A program made the translations under genes and the position numbers. The notes under the pieces were generated by a model, which worked only from the letters and a program-made list of their open reading frames with translations, ran no database searches and was not told the DNA's origin. Below, in pieces: positions 10,201 through 18,660 of a stretch of 51,205 bases of DNA. The stretch is from Paraphysomonas bandaiensis. Its lineage: Eukaryota; Protista; Chrysophyceae. Location: NCBI GenBank assembly GCA_965644295.1, contig CBFFRP010000599.1:1-51205 (forward strand), in the 5' to 3' direction. How positions within the stretch are numbered: position 1 is the first letter of the stretch; every line of letters begins with the position of its first letter.

Positions 10201-11211
10201 AATGTCCAGTATATCTTGAATTCGGAGGTTTCATCAGAAACAGGCTATTCTCCTTTCGAGTTGACATTTGGCTCCAATGACCTTGAATATCTAACCATGG
10301 ACATTAAAGAGTTACCAGAAAAGGCTCATGCTCGCCTTTCTGCTCTCAATGATCAATTAGCGAAACTTCGTGAAGCTTCCAAAGCTTATCAACAAAAACT
10401 GGCCAGCGAGAGAGCCAGTGAGGGTGTTCATCCTGACAGACAGAACAGATATCAACCTGGCGACTTTGTATTGTTCGACAAGGGCGCTAAGGTGCATCCA
10501 AAAATGTCTCACAGGTACATGGGACCATTTACAGTCAAACATCAATACAAAAACGATGTTGACTGCCAGCATCTGGCGACTGGACAAATGGTACGCGTTT
10601 CTGTCAGTGATGTAAAATTATTTCCAGGAGATCGTGACACAGCATACAAAATGGCCTTGCGTGATCATGAACAACACGTCATAGACAAAATCCTTTATTA
10701 TAAAGGTGATCGCGACGTGAGATCTACTATGACTTTTACTGTGCGTTTCCAAGATGGTGATGTTAGAGAAGTGCCTTATAGCAAGGATCTTTTTGACTCG
10801 ATACCCTACGCTGAGTTTTGCTCCAGCAAAAGATATCTATACCATCTTATTTATTCTACTGAAGGTGCTAAGAAATACATATCAGACATTCGTAAACAAC
10901 CGATCACTCAGTTTCAACCTGGTGATCTCGCATATGTCGATTTGCGAATTTATGGCGATGTTTGGTATGATGAGTTGGATCTTCCAGATTCTCATCTACT
11001 CACTTATGTAGCTCCTATCCAGTTCACACACTGGTACCACAAGAGCTCTAAGCGAGTATTATCGGTAAAAGATCTTCTCACTCTCCGCACCTACCGTTAT
11101 GACAACTACCTGGTACATTGTTTCGTTCATTCAGAGGTGAATACCAGCAATATGGTACTAGTAGATGAGGATTTTGCCCGACAATTTCCACAAGTCCGTG
11201 AGTCTTATTAG
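7225..11211 (+). CDS. pol: Gypsy Pol polyprotein of the inner element (PR-RT-RNase H-IN-chromodomain-like), intact
   Basis: Protease LCDTGA…IILG; RT IDLTNAFHQI/IFDN; RNase H; integrase HHCC, DDE, GPF; domain order is Gypsy. Frame is open directly after the gag TGA; first ATG at 7297. Confidence 0.96.
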   Translation, partial: GKEGCEGVDLDESTVNVCNGETDCMKLSKSEHETENSSRVRTDKDEAKLYACYPSSKSFSSAHTVGRVVIDRKFKMEELVNVLCDTGALVANYVAKDLIEKLRDKLQPSRFYKVKHRVVLADSRTVQDLTEGVRLNLVLTDPKSHTYQYTGEFLVIDMKTNDIILGLPALTGKLYPFMCAVMREAHETQIEDVSNSENSNVLSSLVGDTVDSDDRVHPWRKASEDTAPEDDETELPVQFKDALTFLGKSREEALQDYHEQIKTHVSEELKSETNIMELLTTKAEKVFVPDEWSGVRGVEPLSLKWKSTLPERMKPKARPINPKLWEASEKEFRRLCGYFYRKSRSPWASCLVVAPKATPPYIRFCGDYVQINKHMEVGNYTIPNVKHELDKIINFPLYMDIDLTNAFHQIPLADETSERLSIQTPWGQYAPNFMPEGIAPATGVLQETVRDIFSDFSEWAIVIFDNMLILAHDAQDAYEKFEKIIDRCIERNVKLKMPKSWLGFRKVDFFGYVCRHKSYEVNPEKKEALGKIPMPTTTKQARSLLGKGVFFSSFTPKYSDLVAHLTDMTKKTFNWDKSTWRHDYEAEFRRFIKGLQDSCELFYPDYELEWTLRTDASELGVGAVLLQKKIFPSGETQLQPIAFISKKFSTQAQKWATIEQEAYGIFYSVKQLAYYLIGKQFTIETDHNNLLWMEASEVPKITRWRIFLQSFNFNIRHISGAKNWLADWLSREHQVAALSGIFLDEDLDDVYFLGDDCTEDEFFNFLGNFMEPEDREIAPPSETQVTPEEALLQVHNARVGHMGGRATWIRLNKEFPGHNIPYKVVEDYISKCPNCVKTRLAMREALIPIVRNLKPPNARSAIGIDAVEITPHGADGYTHINVVVNLFTKLVYLEPVKGVTALNLANTVWKYWTHYGHTDLIISDQGPDLTSDLFKQLTEYMGVRHTFSIANRHANGCERIIGEVVRHLRALVYDNSEREERRDAFEDPSWIANVQYILNSEVSSETGYSPFELTFGSNDLEYLTMDIKELPEKAHARLSALNDQLAKLREASKAYQQKLASERASEGVHPDRQNRYQPGDFVLFDKGAKVHPKMSHRYMGPFTVKHQYKNDVDCQHLATGQMVRVSVSDVKLFPGDRDTAYKMALRDHEQHVIDKILYYKGDRDVRSTMTFTVRFQDGDVREVPYSKDLFDSIPYAEFCSSKRYLYHLIYSTEGAKKYISDIRKQPITQFQPGDLAYVDLRIYGDVWYDELDLPDSHLLTYVAPIQFTHWYHKSSKRVLSVKDLLTLRTYRYDNYLVHCFVHSEVNTSNMVLVDEDFARQFPQVRESY

Positions 11212-11376
11212 ACTCACACACTCTGCTTTGACTACTTCCTTCAATATAATTTATATATCCCATGAGTTAATCCGGATTGTCTTCGTTCTGATGGCTACGT
11301 CAAACCTAGTTCTGTTGGCATCTGTAGGCGCCGGATCGGGATTTACTCAGTTTTATTTCCAAAAAAAAATTCAACC

Positions 11377-11394
11377 AAAGAGGGGAGGGGGCAA
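11377..11394 (+). promoter_or_regulatory. Polypurine tract of the inner element
   Basis: AAAGAGGGGAGGGGGCAA immediately before the 3' LTR TG. Confidence 0.9.
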
Positions 11395-12826
11395 TGTGAC
11401 CACGTGGCATCTCGCGTGCCTTACTTACGTGGCTATAGTGTTTTCCTAAGGGGCTACAACAAGACACTAGATAGACTAACTACCAAGAAAACACTCAGAA
11501 ATAACAGTCATTATTATTTATCACAGCATTGAAAACAACCATTCACTTACGGCGCAGTTTACTTTTTCGGTGATACCACTCACCGTAGTCAGCGAGCAGC
11601 TCTTCACCTGCCGGTATCGGTCTCAGAGTCTTGACCCAGACCACATCCAACCCAGACTCATCCATGCAGAATTCACAGTTGTAAGTCAGACCCGCAGCGA
11701 GATTCTCATCAAACAAGGTGTTTACGAACCTGCCGTGGTTATAAGGAGTCCTATGATATTTCCTCTCATGGCTGGGAACCGACATGAGATAACCTACGTC
11801 ATACTTCTCATGCTCGGCATCGATGTACACGGAGTCTTGCACACGAAGAATATAAGCACCCCAATTGGGGCACCGGTCATATATTTCTCCGCTATAGAGA
11901 CACACTAGGAATCCAGACGCCAGGTCCACTAGAGCAAAGAGTCCTTTCTGCTGGGGACTCAAGCCATCTGGGTTGGCTATGTTGAGCCCCTTCCTAACCT
12001 CGACGTATGGATTGTCGGTTCCACAACGAGCATAGAAATCCAGAACGGAGGCGCAAACATCAGGGGCTTCATCAAGGGATGCACTGTGCAAATAGGGGAC
12101 TACTCTGCAGTGTTTACCACGCACGTCCGAGTCTCCTTGTGGACATCGGACTGCAAAGTCTCTGGCCCGCCTCTTAGCTGCCTCTTCGCGAAAGGCCTGA
12201 CGCCGGCGGTCTTCGTACTTCTTCTTGGAAGGCCGAACACGTGATTTGCATTTGCTTGGGTCTGTAATGGGTTCTTTCATTGCAAAATGCTGATTTAGGA
12301 CAACTGTTGTTTTGTTATGAAAGTGTACGTTAGTTAGTATTTTTCAAGTACAAGTGTAGTTATGAGGAATGCAACATGATATACATTATACAGTGTTGTA
12401 CAACCGTATTTGATAGAGTCGTTGACATGACTGTATATTGTTATACTGCTTGTATGACACAGCCTGCGTTGTGGTTGTGTGTTGCAACACAGTGTGACAT
12501 GGATGACGTTGTGTGTGTGCAGCTCTACGGTTGTCTTCATACTTTATGTTTCTGTTGTGACTCAGTTTTGTTTATGTTAACCATACTTGGGTACTAGCGA
12601 CCTGACATCACTAGCGGTGGTGTTTGCGTGCTGATTCTTCGCGGGAGTCAGTCACTCGAGTATAGTTGATTGAAACATAAGTTTACCTGTAATAATATCA
12701 CTTCTTTGGTCTCATTTTCTTGATTCCCATACAGTGATAGTAGTTAGCGTTATCACGAGCCATAGTCTTGGTTATCAAACCAAACTGTGAGGTGACAGTT
12801 GAGTTGTCAAACGAGGCTGCATCATA
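11395..12826 (+). repeat. 3' LTR of the inner element (1432 bp)
   Basis: TGTGACCACGTGG…GCTGCATCATA; 8 bp longer than the 5' LTR. Confidence 0.95.
11543..12280 (-). CDS. SET-domain protein (putative protein-lysine methyltransferase), 245 aa, encoded antisense inside the LTR
   Basis: SET signatures in order: KGLFA…G..VCLYSGE, YIDAE, GRFVN…NCEF, VKTLRPIPAGEELLADYGEWY; basic NLS-like N- and C-terminal stretches. Confidence 0.88.
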   Translation of the reverse strand: MKEPITDPSKCKSRVRPSKKKYEDRRRQAFREEAAKRRARDFAVRCPQGDSDVRGKHCRVVPYLHSASLDEAPDVCASVLDFYARCGTDNPYVEVRKGLNIANPDGLSPQQKGLFALVDLASGFLVCLYSGEIYDRCPNWGAYILRVQDSVYIDAEHEKYDVGYLMSVPSHERKYHRTPYNHGRFVNTLFDENLAAGLTYNCEFCMDESGLDVVWVKTLRPIPAGEELLADYGEWYHRKSKLRRK

Positions 12827-13042
12827 ATGGTCTTGGTAGACGAGGAATTTGCCAGCAAATTTCCACAAGTTAATCAGTCGGTATAAAGTGTTCCTACTCT
12901 ACAATTTACGATGTGAAATTTTTCAGTATTCTCCGAATTACATCTATAATATGATAATAATACTCCATGGTGGTTCGTTTTGATGGCTATTTCAAACCTA
13001 GTCCCATTGACATGTGTGCGACCATGGATTTCTCACAAAAAC

Positions 13043-13057
13043 GAGGGGGGGAGGCAG
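13043..13057 (+). promoter_or_regulatory. Polypurine tract of the outer element
   Basis: GAGGGGGGGAGGCAG directly before TGTGACCACGTGG. Confidence 0.88.
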
Positions 13058-14076
13058 TGTGACCACGTGGCATTTCCTATGCCCTATCTACGTGTCTATA
13101 GTACTAGAATTACATGCATTGCCCACTCAGGACCCTATAATATTAGTTTAGGACCCTATATCAAGAACATTATATCATCAGGACCCCATACCATGTCTAG
13201 GATGCATATTCTATGTTACACTTATTAAGATGGGGTAACGAGCTATGATGTACCTACACACGGAATCAACGTTCAGGTGTAATGTCCACTTTATCTGCTG
13301 ATGATGATGTACACTATGTTCTGCTGATGGTGACTTCACGCAATGTGAAACCTGCCACAAATTTATAATAAAGTTATGTGGGTCAGTATTCCAGTGTAGC
13401 AGTTGCAGTGTATACTTCCATAGGAATACGTACTGGCATTACCCATACTACCCTCTATAGGGGGGCAAGTACATATCACACCAAGGGAGAATGGATATTA
13501 TATACTCGAGGTGCACGAGTGTTCATACCAGACTCAGTGGGGAATCAATTGTGATATGCAATACCTGGTATGCAGGGTTGTATTTACGTATAACCTGGAT
13601 ATTAGGGATTTTGGGTTTTTGAATGCTAAAATACACCAAAGTGGCGGTATACTGTTTTTGTAAGGGAATTTAGGTAGAAAGTAAAACGTAGGATGTAGTG
13701 TACTATTAGTATGCGGTTATACGTTGCTCCTAGGTTGCTGTGTGTATTCAGTTTATAGAATAAACACGTTTCTGTGGGTGGTTGTGAGGTTGCAGGGTGT
13801 TGTGATGTTGTTGAGGAGTAGGAGTGGGTGTAACATGTATGCTATGGTGTTATGCACTTGTTTAGGCTTAACCGAAGTGCTTGGTGCCAACGATCTTGTT
13901 GCACTGGCGGTGTTCCTTGCGTGGTGATACTTGGCGGGTATCATTTACTGAGCATTAGGTTTTTCCTAGAGCAGTCAAAACATAATTAATTATACATTGT
14001 TTTCACACTTGCGTGTTTGTGTGCTATACCTGTACTGCGAGCCGTGATTCTGGTTATCAAACCGGGTTGCGTCATA
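13058..14076 (+). repeat. 3' LTR of the outer element (1019 bp), without a SET ORF
   Basis: Starts TGTGACCACGTGGCAT and ends TGGTTATCAAACC…TGCGTCATA like the inner LTRs; interior not visibly homologous. Confidence 0.88.
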
Positions 14077-15007
14077 CATCTGTTATGTATGGTTTTAATT
14101 TATTATATAAGCTTTTAAAGTCATTGAAGTTATGAACTATTTCATCTAAAAAACATAATGCTTTACCACACAACGAACCGTTAAATTCTCCCATGAAGAC
14201 ATTCTCATTAGACAATGTGATTGTGTTATATAAACCCATTACTAATGATATGAATCTAACTATTGAACTTTTACCAACACCCATTGGCCCTTTCAAATAA
14301 ATCATTGTTTTCATCTTATGTCCTTTTATAAGCTTTCTTATCCAGCTTTTGTCATACTTATAATTAACTTCATTCCCTGAATTCCACACTTCTTTAATGT
14401 GATTCCATATGAACTTCATTCCTTTTTTACCTTGCTCAATTTTCTTCATATCTTTTTTTGAATTCTTATCGTATTTATATCCTGAAAACAAATTTAAGAA
14501 GTCGTCATCACCTTTAGAAAATATCCTGGGTTTTGTGTTATCACATACTAAAGTATGTTTATCAGAATATTTATTAAACCATGCTTTAATATGATCGGGA
14601 AAGTACTTTCCAAATGTGTTTATAAAATTAGTTTGTGAATACTCATATGGTAGTATATGACCATCTGGGTTTTTTGTTAATACGTAAAACATACTATCGT
14701 AACCATGGAATATATTTTGTTTAATGTAAGTTGTTGACTTAGGGAAAACTTTTTCATAATCTTCTGTTTCTAGTTTCTTAATTATATCTGTTCTTATTGT
14801 GTTTTCATTTATTCTTATCTTTGTATTTAACGTTCCTACAGTTTCAGAGACTTTCTTATTTATATATGTTTCATAATTATCAACTTCTTCTTTATATAAT
14901 CTTTTAAGTTCTTTGTCTTTGTAAAGTTGTAAATATTTACCTATAAATTGCTCCTTCTCTTCTTTTGTAATCTTTTCACCATTGATCTCAGATTTTGTTT
15001 TTGTCAT
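14072..15007 (-). pseudogene. D5-like/SF3 helicase (primase-helicase type) of viral or Polinton-like origin, 3'-truncated by the Gypsy LTR
   Basis: Walker A GPMGVGKS, FNG motif, Walker B LCFLDE, then KLKPYIT; the stop codon lies inside the LTR terminus; intronless, very AT- and Lys-rich. Confidence 0.85.
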
Positions 15008-15170
15008 AACTATATATATTATATATATATAATTATTTTTTTAAATGATTTTATATATTAAAAAATGCTTTATATATTTTTATAAAATTGTGGAGTTTTA
15101 TTATTAAAATTAAGGGTTTTTATATAAATCAAGGTTTTTATATAAAAATTGGGACGTTTTTGCTTAAAGC

Positions 15171-15259
15171 TTCGCCATTATATCACTACAACTACATTCC
15201 AGAGCTTTAAGCATATTCGCCATTATATCACTACAACTACATTCCAGAGCTTTAAGCAT
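15171..15259 (+). repeat. 45-bp tandem direct repeat (2 copies plus a fragment)
   Basis: TTCGCCATTATATCACTACAACTACATTCCAGAGCTTTAAGCAT repeated at 15171 and 15216. Confidence 0.9.
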
Positions 15260-15275
15260 TGCCATTATACATTAT

Positions 15276-15456
15276 TATAAAAAAGTCATATAGATAACAA
15301 AGTAGATTTAATAAGTAGTTTTTATGGTAGAATCCCGGGGTTTTACAACCTTTACAAATTTAAATTATTTTTCATTTTAATTTTTCCCTCTCTCTATATC
15401 TACTATTAAATCTACTTATTAAATCTACTTTGTTATCTATATTACTTTTTATTATA
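15276..15456. repeat. ~55-bp imperfect inverted repeat containing iterated AGTAGATTTA motifs
   Basis: ATATAGATAACAAAGTAGATTTAATAAGTAG in the left arm (15276-15331) is the reverse complement of CTACTTATTAAATCTACTTTGTTATCTATAT in the right arm (15399-15456). Confidence 0.88.
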
Positions 15457-15745
15457 AACATTATAAATAATATATAAAGTTATTAATTTTATTTAAGAAT
15501 ATAAATAATATATAAAGTAATTATAACTTATTAATAATAAGTTATAAGTTAAACTTACAAAGAGAAGGAATTACAACCGAAGGTTGTAATTGGAAACACT
15601 CGAAGAGAAGAAGCCCCTTGCAGGGGTTGGGGGTAGAAAAGAGGCCCGCCCTTGTCCCTCCCCTTGTTTTTTAACTTTTTAAAATCCCTTGATATACAAC
15701 CAAGAAACAGCTAACAATATATAGTTGAAAATCTAATTTGACGTG

Positions 15746-16801
15746 CTACACCAATAAACGAATTTCTCTGTCTGAGGGCGGAAGACGATCCAACGCTGTT
15801 GGTGCCGAGAAGTTATACTCAGGACAAAGTTTTTCAACCAGTGGTAAAAGTTTACGATAGTTGGTAATAACGCTACTGATCTCCTCATTGACACGTTTCA
15901 CAAAAATGGATGTGAGATCAGTTGTAGTGCGATTATAAGCATAGCCTAAAAAGCGTAGAACTGAATCCATTGTAGTATCCTTGTTATCGAGGAGCTGTTC
16001 ATAGGGAACATATAAAACAGGTACGGAGTAGTTACGCGAAACTTGAGTCATATTTTCTATTGCAGAATTTTGAACTGCCACGTGTTTATAGTAGAATCTC
16101 TTAAAATCATTTTCTGTTATGATTAAGGAATGTTGTGGGGACACCTTATCGCACTTGACAGAGGTACTTGTGCAGTGCTGAGGCTTTCCGTGATACAGCA
16201 TCGATACCATGGACTCCAGTACATTGCGCCGAAGCAATAGAATAACACGTATGTTTCTAGTGCTCAAGTAAGTCCCTATTCTTTTCACGGCATTTTTAGA
16301 ACTAAAATCCAGAAATTTATTATTCAATCCAGGAATACTGGCGTCTTTAAATAGCATATTTTTCGATCCCAAACTGATGTTTGCTTCAGGACAAGATTTC
16401 AGTGGTTTCATTTTCTTAACTAATTCCTTTATATATACAGAGGGGTCAGATATATTACCGCGCCCAATTGTGATCATCTCTCCAGCATTGTCAATGCAGG
16501 GGTGTGACGCCAACAACGAAACAAAATATGTGGATCCGCTCCTTGGTTGTGTTAGAACAACATAATAGTTAATACTACGTCCTTCATATTCATATGTGTT
16601 TACATTGAGGGACGCTCTACTATCACCTACATTGGTTTTCTTTACAGCTGGTATAGACGAGCGAGATGTTGATGGAGGGTGAATATATGATGATGTCTTA
16701 ACCTTCTTCTTATCAGTAGCACGTTTAATTATCGACACTTGCCTATGGGAGGCCAATGCCAGAGTACAATGAGCAACTGCAAGCACGTAGATTAGGTGCA
16801 T
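15746..16801 (-). CDS. Sulfotransferase (Stf0/sulfotransferase-family-like) with N-terminal signal/anchor peptide
   Basis: 5'-PSB motif QPRSGST…LASHP, 3'-PB motif LLRRNVLESMVS, VPYEQL…VLRFLG; hydrophobic N-terminus. Confidence 0.85.
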   Translation of the reverse strand: MHLIYVLAVAHCTLALASHRQVSIIKRATDKKKVKTSSYIHPPSTSRSSIPAVKKTNVGDSRASLNVNTYEYEGRSINYYVVLTQPRSGSTYFVSLLASHPCIDNAGEMITIGRGNISDPSVYIKELVKKMKPLKSCPEANISLGSKNMLFKDASIPGLNNKFLDFSSKNAVKRIGTYLSTRNIRVILLLRRNVLESMVSMLYHGKPQHCTSTSVKCDKVSPQHSLIITENDFKRFYYKHVAVQNSAIENMTQVSRNYSVPVLYVPYEQLLDNKDTTMDSVLRFLGYAYNRTTTDLTSIFVKRVNEEISSVITNYRKLLPLVEKLCPEYNFSAPTALDRLPPSDREIRLLV

Positions 16802-16915
16802 TGCTTACTACTACAATTCAACTCTGACAGTTTAGACTAGTTAACAATAGATCTGCGAACAAGTAAGATGTACGCACAGAGTACGTATGCGTTGCACGGT
16901 ATCTATGTACACTCC

Positions 16916-17091
16916 TATGTATGTATGTATGTATGTATGTATGTATGTATGTATGTATGTATGTATGTATGTATGTATGTATGTATGTATGTATGTATGT
17001 ATGTATGTATGTATGTATGTATGTATGTATGTATGTATGTATGTATGTATGTATGTATGTATGTATGTATGTATGTATGTATGTATGTATG
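16916..17091 (+). repeat. (TATG)n microsatellite, about 44 units
   Basis: Perfect tetranucleotide run. Confidence 0.98.
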
Positions 17092-17223
17092 TTGGGGTGT
17101 GTGTTCGTGTTGGGTGAAGTGATGTGTGTGGATTGGAAGTAAGTTGTGTTGTGTATGTATCTGTTGATGCATACGTGTATAGTAGTTTTGATCATATCTG
17201 ACGAGCACTAAAAACTGTGGAAT

Positions 17224-18660
17224 ATGTTGAGACGTGTGTGTATTGCCGGTGGATCTTCATTGCGACATGCTCGCCGTTCATTCAGCAGTGTATCTGTTGA
17301 TGAAATGAGGCGGTTAGATTTATTTAATCCCACTGAAGAGCATGCGCAGGTAACACGGCTTCCCCTCTATATATCTCTGTTAATATTATACTTAGCTTCG
17401 TCAAATGCTTCGTACCTTTGTAGAGAGTGAGGTAGACCCACAGGCTCTTGCGTTTAACAGGAGGGAGGAGTTCAATACTGATTTGTTCAGAAAGCTTGGA
17501 TCTGAAATCGGCCTTCTCGGTATCACCGCATCTACTGAGTACGGTGGAAGTGGAATGGATGCAACAGCAGCTGTCATTGCCCACGAAGAACTCGCTGCCT
17601 CTGATCCCGCTTTTTGTTTGTCTTTCCTCGCCCATTCTATGCTTTTCGTGAACAATGTCAACCAAAACTGCAGTCATGAGCAGAAACTTAAGTATCTGCC
17701 TGGCGCATGTGATGGAAGTAAGATATGTGGAATGGGTATGAGTGAACCAGGTGCTGGTACAGGTAAGTTTATATGTTAAATCTTTAGACTTACGATTTAT
17801 TTATATTCAAAAATGCAGACGTTTTGGGCATGACCACAACCGCTAAGAAGAGCTCTGACGGATCACACTATGTGCTCAATGGAAACAAGATGTGGATTAC
17901 TAATGGAACCATAAATGGAGAGGACACAGGTGATACCTTCCTCGTTTACGCCAAGACGAGTGATGGACGTTCGCCTGGTGATCTCTCCGCATTCCTCGTC
18001 GAAAAAGGAATGCCTGGATTTTCCCTTGGGTCCAAAATTATGGATAAGTGTGGAATGAGAGCCTCGAATACCGCGGAACTAGTGTTTGATAGCGTCCAGG
18101 TACCGGTAGAGAATCTTGTGGGCAAGGAGGGAGGAGCAGGTATTTGCATGATGCGCAACCTCGAAATCGAACGCATTACACTGGCTGCAATGTCTCTTGG
18201 AATTGCTCGTCGCAGCATTGAGGTAATGTCTAGGTAAGAAATATTCATAAATTTCACTTGTATGTGTAAATCATGGGCTTGTGACAGCTATGCACAAGAG
18301 CGCAAAGCTTTCGGAAAAACTGTTGGGGACTTTGGGCAGACACAGAAGGCTATTGCTGAGTCGTATGCCGAGTACATGGCCGGACGCACGTATGTTTACA
18401 ACGTTGCAAGAAAGTTGGACCTCTCTAGTTACGGCAACACCCTTGACGCTGATGGAGTGAAGCTATACTGTGCTCCGATGGCGAAGAATATTGCTGACCG
18501 TGCCATCCAGTTGCTGGGCGGTAATGGGTACGTTGGTGAGTATCAGGTAGAGAGACTATGGAGAGATGCCAAACTCATCGAGATCGGTGGTGGAACGAAC
18601 GAAGCTCACCACAAGAATATGTATCGCGATATAAGGAAGAATCGCGACACTCTGTTTTAA
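17224..18660 (+). CDS. IVD: Isovaleryl-CoA dehydrogenase, mitochondrial; exons 17224-17349, 17396-17762, 17819-18233, 18288-18660
   Basis: Acyl-CoA dehydrogenase motifs GMGMSEPGAGTD, LNGNKMWITNG, GMRASNTAELVF, LERI-type motif (LEIERI), GGNGY…ERLWRDAKLIEIGGGT. Three GT-AG introns (46, 56, 54 nt) splice in frame; Arg/Ser-rich transit peptide. Confidence 0.92.

Larger units (their letters stand above)
3498..12826 (+). mobile_element. Complete inner Ty3/Gypsy LTR retrotransposon (LTR-gag-pol-PPT-LTR), 9.3 kb
   Basis: Two near-identical LTRs, uninterrupted gag and pol, PPT, and target-site duplication ATGG at 3494-3497 and 12827-12830. Confidence 0.96.
1..14076 (+). mobile_element. Outer Ty3/Gypsy LTR retrotransposon (5' part outside window), interrupted by a nested sister element at 3498-12826
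   Basis: pol ORF from the window start to 3497 resumes at 12827-12886 (MVLVDEEFASKFPQVNQSV*), followed by a polypurine tract and a 3' LTR at 13058-14076 whose termini match those of the inner element. Confidence 0.93.
14077..15695 (-). mobile_element. Remnant end of an AT-rich endogenous DNA virus/Polinton-like element
   Basis: Abrupt AT-rich composition, D5-like helicase, tandem and inverted repeats upstream. Right boundary approximate; no capsid or integrase gene in the window. Confidence 0.6.

Noticed and set aside
545-11449. Short antisense and alternate-frame ORFs overlapping gag/pol
   Set aside because: Shadow ORFs without motifs and not conserved between the two Pol copies.
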